Assembly: GCA_049322955.1 (NCBI GenBank) | Contig: JBMOPU010000033.1 | Span: 128,784 to 192,783, forward strand | DNA from: Patescibacteria group bacterium | Lineage (GTDB): Bacteria > Patescibacteriota > Microgenomatia > UBA10105 > UBA927 | Direction of reading: 5' to 3' | DNA: 64,000 bases | Part shown: positions 58,740-64,000 of the stretch, in pieces | Numbering within the stretch: position 1 is the stretch's first letter | Layout: the number at the start of each line of letters is the position of its first letter | Notes under the pieces: generated by a model | Databases searched by the model: none | What the model was told of the DNA's origin: nothing | The model's input: the letters and a program-made list of their open reading frames with translations, nothing else | Program-made: the position numbers and the translations under genes

Positions 58740-58932
58740 ACGGTCCTCTTTAGTCATAAAAATTTGGCGGATGGGTGGGTATTACGGTTTGTATCTCTTT
58801 CTTTTCGTACTCCTCTGTTTGGTTGGGATTTTATTTTTTTATTGCCCCCGATTTTTGAACAACGGAAAAGACGGAACGGACAGTATTTCCGTCTTTGCCA
58901 TCGCTCAAAAGATGTTAAGGTGCCTCACAACA

Positions 58933-59109
58933 CTACTGCGTTGCTTCTTTTTCGTCTCGTGCCGTACCGAGTTCTTCCGCCATGGGAAATACGACCGTTA
59001 CCGTCGTTTCCTTATCGGTTACCACCGCAATTTTCCAGACAGACGACCGTCGTTCCGGCTCATCGGGTTGCATTGCTCTTTCATTTGCTTTTTCCATAGT
59101 TTTTGGCAT
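58933..59109 (-). CDS. Small hypothetical protein (58 aa; absent from ORF track)
   Basis: AAGGAGGG SD then MPKTMEKANERAMQPDEPERRSSVWKIAVVTDKETTVTVVFPMAEELGTARDEKEATQ*. Confidence 0.35.
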   Translation of the reverse strand: MPKTMEKANERAMQPDEPERRSSVWKIAVVTDKETTVTVVFPMAEELGTARDEKEATQ

Positions 59110-59246
59110 TAAAAAACCCTCCTTTTTTGGGGAGGGTCCGTGTTATGCGAATTTTTTTATTGTGTTTATGCGCGCATCACACGACCCTCTCCGACGATTC
59201 GGAGGGTAATAAGGGTCATAAAAAGATGCGCAGATTTCTGCATAAG
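59110..59246 (-). ncRNA. Candidate structured leader/sRNA (long bulged stem plus terminator)
   Basis: Nested pairs TTATGC/GCATAA, GCGCATC/GATGCGC, ATGACCCT/AGGGTCGT, CTCCGA/TCGGAG; then ACCCTCC..GGAGGGTTTTTT. Confidence 0.5.
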
Positions 59247-59252
59247 AGCTCC

Positions 59253-59304
59253 ATTATATAAAGAGGATCATTATCTTGTCAACCGTACTTTCGCGGCATA
59301 TAAT
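59253..59304. promoter_or_regulatory. Divergent promoter pair with overlapping -35 elements
   Basis: Minus: TTGACA(59282-59277)-18-TATAAT(59258-59253); plus: TTGTCA(59276-59281)-17-TATAAT(59299-59304). Confidence 0.75.
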
Positions 59305-59307
59305 ACG

Positions 59308-59457
59308 AAAAGCAGGCGCTGATGGTCTGACACACCGGAGCTTTTCGGGGTAATAACCGAGACGGGTACGCCCGTTACAGCAATAAAGAGAAAAAAATAA
59401 GGTGGTACCGCGAATTACCCGTTCGCCCTTATCCTAGTAAGGAGAACGGGTTTATTT
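59308..59457 (+). promoter_or_regulatory. T-box riboswitch (Asp specifier GAC) upstream of aspS
   Basis: Antiterminator ATAAGG-TGGTACC-GCGAA..TTCGC-CCTTAT; CCGTTA box 59372-59377; terminator ACCCGTTC..GAACGGGT-TTATTT; GAC in Stem I loop. Confidence 0.88.
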
Positions 59458-59476
59458 GTGGCATAATGGAGGATGT

Positions 59477-61360
59477 ATGCGGACACTCGCAATTGAAACG
59501 ACGGCAAAAGTCGGTGAAACAGTTACTCTTCAGGGATGGGTGCTTGCCCGTCGTGATCACGGCAAGATCATGTTTTTGGATCTTCGCGACCGATCGGGGG
59601 TGGTGCAGATGGTCGGCACGAAAACCCTGGGTGATGCGCGTGCTGAAGATGTGATCGAAGTCACCGGATTGGTGAAACAGCGCCCCGATTCTATGGTGAA
59701 CGCCAAGATTCCCACGGGAACCGTCGAATTGGAGATCCAAAGCCTTACCGTGCTTACCCACGCCCATGAAATGCCGTTTCCCATCGATACCGATGGGTAT
59801 GAGGTGAATGAGGAAATACGCACCAAGTATCGGTATCTTGATCTTCGTCGACCCCGGATGGCACACAATATCCGAATGCGCAGTAAGGTAGTAGGGTTTA
59901 TCCGAAACTTTCTGTATGAACGGGATTTCGTGGAGATAGAAACCCCGATTTTAACCAAAACAACTCCCGAAGGTGCTCGGGACTTCCTGGTGCCGTCACG
60001 ATTACAACCGGGAAAATTTTACGCTTTACCGCAATCACCACAGCAATACAAACAAATGCTTATGGTAGCCGGCATGGAACGGTACTTTCAAATCGCCCGT
60101 TGTTTCCGCGATGAAGATCCCCGCAGGGATCGCGCGTACGGAGAATTTACCCAGCTCGACATGGAACTTTCCTTTGTCACGCAAAATGACATCCTTGAAC
60201 TTATTGAGGAGATGTTCACGAAACTCGTCACGACGATGTTCCCGGAAAAACACATCAGCGTTTCCCCTTGGCCGCGGCTTTCACATAAGGAAGTCATGGA
60301 TAAGTATGGTACCGACAAACCGGACTTACGCAAGGATAAAAACGATCCGAATGAACTCGCATTTTCATGGACGATTGATTTCCCATTGTTTAATGAACAA
60401 AAAGAGGATGACTTTTTTTACGGTTCCGGCAAAGCGAAATTTGCTCCCAGCCACCATATGTTCACCGCTCCTCATCCTGACGATATTCCTCTTTTGGATA
60501 CCGATCCCATGAGGGTTCGCGGACTACAGCATGATCTTGTATTAAACGGGTTTGAGGTCGGAGGTGGCAGTATCCGTATTCATCAGGCGGAGGTGCAGGC
60601 CAAGGTTTTTGACCTCATCGGTTTTACGGAGGCGCAAAAACAGGAGTTTTCCCATATGCTTACGGCATTCACATATGGTGTTCCGCCGCACGGAGGGATT
60701 GCTCCCGGTATAGATCGGTTTTTAATGACGATTCTTGGCGAACCGAGTGTGCGTGAAGTCATGGCGTTTCCCACGTCGGCTTCTGGTACGACCAGCGTTA
60801 TGGATGCGCCGAGTCTTGCTACTCCTGAACAGCTCAGCGAGCTTTCGATCGCCGTTTTGAAAAATGAGGTGCAGAAGCCGGCAAGTGGGGAAGCGGTATA
60901 TGAAAAAATCATCGAAGGATTGAATCAAAAAAAGTTTTCATTTGAGCCGTACGAGCATGTTGCGGTCAAAACGTCGGAAGAAGCCGCAAAGGTTCGCAAC
61001 ACGCCGCTTCGCGAAGGAGCCAAAGCACTGCTTTTGTATGCGGATGACAAACCCGTCATGGTGGTTGTGGCAGGCGACAGAAAACTCGATATGAAGGCCT
61101 TCAAAGCACTCTATCACGTTCGCGATCTTCGCATGGCGACACCGAAGGAAGTTGAAGAAGTAACCGGAGTTACGATCGGCGCGGTACCTCCGTTTGGGCA
61201 TCTTTTCGGCATAGCGCTGTATATGGATGCGGCGATAAAAACCAATACGCATGTGTCCTTTAACGCGGGACTTCATACCAAATCCGTTCGTATGAAGGAA
61301 ACCGATTACGAGAAGTTTGCAAGTCCCACGATCGGTGAGTTTTCCAAAGAAGCGGTATGA
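59477..61360 (+). CDS. aspS: Aspartate-tRNA ligase fused to C-terminal YbaK/ProX-type editing domain
   Basis: RRDHG..FLDLRD, TPEGARDFLVPSR, LPQSPQ, FRDED, GGSIRIH, PPHGGIAPGIDR; then AKALL..GAVPPFG..FNAG. Confidence 0.95.
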   Translation: MRTLAIETTAKVGETVTLQGWVLARRDHGKIMFLDLRDRSGVVQMVGTKTLGDARAEDVIEVTGLVKQRPDSMVNAKIPTGTVELEIQSLTVLTHAHEMPFPIDTDGYEVNEEIRTKYRYLDLRRPRMAHNIRMRSKVVGFIRNFLYERDFVEIETPILTKTTPEGARDFLVPSRLQPGKFYALPQSPQQYKQMLMVAGMERYFQIARCFRDEDPRRDRAYGEFTQLDMELSFVTQNDILELIEEMFTKLVTTMFPEKHISVSPWPRLSHKEVMDKYGTDKPDLRKDKNDPNELAFSWTIDFPLFNEQKEDDFFYGSGKAKFAPSHHMFTAPHPDDIPLLDTDPMRVRGLQHDLVLNGFEVGGGSIRIHQAEVQAKVFDLIGFTEAQKQEFSHMLTAFTYGVPPHGGIAPGIDRFLMTILGEPSVREVMAFPTSASGTTSVMDAPSLATPEQLSELSIAVLKNEVQKPASGEAVYEKIIEGLNQKKFSFEPYEHVAVKTSEEAAKVRNTPLREGAKALLLYADDKPVMVVVAGDRKLDMKAFKALYHVRDLRMATPKEVEEVTGVTIGAVPPFGHLFGIALYMDAAIKTNTHVSFNAGLHTKSVRMKETDYEKFASPTIGEFSKEAV

Positions 61361-62331
61361 AACGTCTTACCCTGCCTAACATACGCAATCTCTGGGTGAT
61401 AAGACACGGGGATAAAATCCTGTTTTTAACGGTGTGTGTCATCTTCTTTGTTTTCGTGCCGACGCCAAAAATGTATGGGAAGCTCGTTTCACAGGAAGGA
61501 CCGTTGAAGCGTCTCATACCCTTTCCGACACCGACGCCAGCGCCGTACCCTATCAATAAAACCGGTGTGTATCCGGGGTATGAGATTACGGCTCAGGGTG
61601 TTATCGTTCACGATCTCGACAGCGGTGTAACGCTGTACGGCAGAAACACCCAAGAACTCCTGGCACCGGCATCCACAACAAAGATCATGACCGCGCTTAT
61701 TGCCATTGAACACTATGATTTGGATGAAGTGGTCACGGTGAAAACCGTTGCAAATTCCGGAGCAGTCATGGGGCTTGTTCCTGGAGAGCAGATTACGGTG
61801 GAAAATCTCTTGTACGGCGCCCTCATACAATCAGGCAACGATGCGGCATGGGCACTTGCCGAGCATTTTGACGGGGGAGTCGAGAAATTTGTCGAAGCGA
61901 TGAATGAAAAAGCCGCCGCTTTACATCTGACGCATACGCACTTTACCAACCCAGTAGGCTACGATGATCCGAATCATAAAATGTCGGCAAGTGATCTGGC
62001 GCGACTTTCCGCATATGCGTTAACCGATAAAACAATTGCCAAGATTGTCGCCATACCGCAAATAACCATTTCCGATGTTACCCACACCCGATTTCATCCG
62101 CTGACAAACGTCAACGCGCTTTTGGGAAAGATCCCGGGGGTGGCGGGTATCAAAACGGGCTGGACGGAAGAGGCGGGGGAGAATCTTGTCACTCTGGTCA
62201 CGCGTGACAATCGGCGCATCATCATGGTTGTGCTAAAAAGTCTCAATCGCTTCGGGGATACCGAACAACTCATTAACTGGGTTTTTTCAAACTACGAGTG
62301 GCGGGTATATCAGCCGCCTTCGGAAAATTAA
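61357..62331 (+). CDS. D-alanyl-D-alanine carboxypeptidase (peptidase S11)
   Basis: PASTTKIMTA (SxxK), SGNDAA (SxN), GIKTG. Confidence 0.92.
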   Translation: MKRLTLPNIRNLWVIRHGDKILFLTVCVIFFVFVPTPKMYGKLVSQEGPLKRLIPFPTPTPAPYPINKTGVYPGYEITAQGVIVHDLDSGVTLYGRNTQELLAPASTTKIMTALIAIEHYDLDEVVTVKTVANSGAVMGLVPGEQITVENLLYGALIQSGNDAAWALAEHFDGGVEKFVEAMNEKAAALHLTHTHFTNPVGYDDPNHKMSASDLARLSAYALTDKTIAKIVAIPQITISDVTHTRFHPLTNVNALLGKIPGVAGIKTGWTEEAGENLVTLVTRDNRRIIMVVLKSLNRFGDTEQLINWVFSNYEWRVYQPPSEN

Positions 62332-62336
62332 CTTCC

Positions 62337-63395
62337 TTATTGTTCGATGAACTCCGGGCTTACCGCCGGTACGTAGGCCATGAATCCGTCATCTCCTTCA
62401 AACACAAATACGGGTTGGAGATAGGTTTGCGGGATCGTCGGATCGTAATACGCAAGGTAAATATTACGTACCGTAATAAGCGGTGTCTTCGGATATTTCA
62501 GGACATACCCGCCTCCCTGCTGAAGTTCCTGCCATGCTTGAGCGCTGGATTTCAATGCATAGGTCGCTACCGTTTGGTAATCAATCGGCCAGTATGCATA
62601 GGTAAAGCTTATGATGCGTTTTTTGGCATTTCCCGAGCCCGATAATACGATTGATATCGGTCCGTCAGATGTTCCAGTGACGATCGGGGTTGCGGCAATT
62701 TTCGGCCTGAAAAAGTCAACTTTCACCGCATCCGCTTGAGACTGACTTGAAACGGGAATGAGACTGCTTTCGGAGACACGGTAGTAGGTGACGCGTACCT
62801 CGCCGCCGGTCAGATCCTCAGGGTAGAGATTATACGTCTGCAATAAATTTCTCGCTTCCGCTTTTGCCTCCTGGATGGAGGGAACCTTACTGTTTAAGAA
62901 TAACCCGGTGTCCCGCTGAAAATCGTACTGGATGACAAAATTCGTCGTCACGATGTCATACCATAAGTGTCTCAGCTGGGTGGTTGCGTCATCGAAGCGG
63001 TAAATATTTTTATTGGCGGCATCAGGAATCGGAGTAGTGGCAAACCCAAGACGCTTCGCAAACGCCTGAGCCGTCGACAGTGCCAGGAGGTTTGATCCTT
63101 TTTTCGGCATGAAGTACACGTTAGCCGAGGGGGAGGCCGCAGGCACGGATCCTTCGATTGTCTGAAGCTGAAAAATAAGTTGTCCCGTGGGGGACGCTTC
63201 CGTCAGCGGAAACGTTAACGCGGGCAGATTACCGAATGCATGATTGGGTGGCGGTGCCTGAGGGGGAAAGATCGTGAGATAGACATTGACGACGACTCCC
63301 CAAAAGATACGGAGCAGAATATAGCCGATGACGGCAATAATGCTCCAGTTTATGGTCCTTCTTGTGTAAAAAGCGGTTTCGGTAAGCGAACTCAT
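62337..63395 (-). CDS. Hypothetical membrane-anchored protein
   Basis: 352-aa ORF with N-terminal TM; C-terminal LAYY..YLQPVFVF. Confidence 0.75.
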   Translation of the reverse strand: MSSLTETAFYTRRTINWSIIAVIGYILLRIFWGVVVNVYLTIFPPQAPPPNHAFGNLPALTFPLTEASPTGQLIFQLQTIEGSVPAASPSANVYFMPKKGSNLLALSTAQAFAKRLGFATTPIPDAANKNIYRFDDATTQLRHLWYDIVTTNFVIQYDFQRDTGLFLNSKVPSIQEAKAEARNLLQTYNLYPEDLTGGEVRVTYYRVSESSLIPVSSQSQADAVKVDFFRPKIAATPIVTGTSDGPISIVLSGSGNAKKRIISFTYAYWPIDYQTVATYALKSSAQAWQELQQGGGYVLKYPKTPLITVRNIYLAYYDPTIPQTYLQPVFVFEGDDGFMAYVPAVSPEFIEQ

Positions 63396-63469
63396 AGGCA
63401 GTATGGTATCACGACGGCAGAATCCCCACTACATTGAGTATATGGATATGACTTGATAGAATCAATCGT

Positions 63470-64000
63470 ATGACGACACGAACACGCATCGCACCTTCAC
63501 CGACCGGTCAGGATCTCCACATCGGGAATGCCTACACCGCGCTTATTAACTATGTCGTGGCCGCCAAGGCGGACGGGCAGTTTATTATCCGAATCGAAGA
63601 TACCGATAGGACAAGATTGGTGGAAGGATCCGAAGGACGTATACTTTCGTCGCTTGATTGGCTCGAGATTCCGCACGCGGAGGGTCCCGATATCGGCGGT
63701 CCTCACAGTCCGTACCGGCAGTCTGAACGTCTCCCTACGTACAAAAAATATGCGGAGGATCTCATTGAAGCAGGGCATGCCTATTATTGCTTCTGCACTT
63801 CAGAGAGACTGGAAGAGATGCGCAAAAGCCAGGAAGCAAACCATAAACCGCCTATGTATGACGGCTTGTGTAAAAAAATCAGTCTTACCGAGGCAAGAAA
63901 GCGTGTGGCCGAAGGGGAAAAACACGTGATCCGAATGAATGTTCCCGAAACAGGGACAACGGTATTTACCGATCTTATTCGAGGAGAAGTTGCTTTTGAG
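63470..64000 (+). CDS. gltX: Glutamate-tRNA ligase, N-terminal part (3'-truncated by window)
   Basis: Hand translation: MTTRTRIAPSPTGQDLHIGNAYTALINY..FIIRIEDTDRTR..PYRQSERL..AYYCFCT. Confidence 0.95.
   Translation, partial: MTTRTRIAPSPTGQDLHIGNAYTALINYVVAAKADGQFIIRIEDTDRTRLVEGSEGRILSSLDWLEIPHAEGPDIGGPHSPYRQSERLPTYKKYAEDLIEAGHAYYCFCTSERLEEMRKSQEANHKPPMYDGLCKKISLTEARKRVAEGEKHVIRMNVPETGTTVFTDLIRGEVAFE

Noticed and set aside
58915-58935. TAG read-through or recoding in the 58-aa ORF
   Set aside because: Read-through would add only six codons, and conserved genes here end normally at TAG, TGA and TAA (standard code 11).
58629-59112. Plus-strand ORFs of 153-156 aa rich in Phe/Leu/Arg
   Set aside because: Their composition reflects the T-rich strand; promoter, SD and terminator signals all point to the minus strand.
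63497-63929. ORF-track calls of 93 and 133 aa
   Set aside because: They overlap the gltX frame starting at 63470, which runs off the window.

Overview
This is a core-genome window from a compact, small-genome bacterium. Gene content and order point to Patescibacteria/CPR, probably Microgenomates (inference: no rpmD between rpsE and rplO, N-terminally shortened L2, short AspRS, few Shine-Dalgarno sites). It holds the 3' end of rpoC and the str/S10/spc/alpha/rplM-rpsI ribosomal superoperon, which is interrupted twice: by a ~6.3 kb block between rpsG and fusA, and by a cluster of alkaline-phosphatase/sulfatase-superfamily genes between map and infA. After that come trmH, tRNA-Pro(GGG), recA, recX, rny, HU, miaB-miaA, RNase P RNA, comM, secDF, a CCA-adding enzyme, recJ, aspS, a D,D-carboxypeptidase and the start of gltX. 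The most notable signals are mostly non-coding. (1) An Asp T-box with an ultrashort Stem I and a transcription terminator precedes an AspRS-YbaK fusion. (2) A divergent ~1 kb hairpin-array transcript with two tiny ORFs shares the T-box promoter's -35 element. (3) A covarying hairpin repeat occurs in four intergenic copies. (4) The rnpB 3' end and its terminator are tandemly reiterated. (5) A TipA-like MerR gene has an internal SD-led start. (6) Many genes appear leaderless. All calls were read by eye; no database searches were run.
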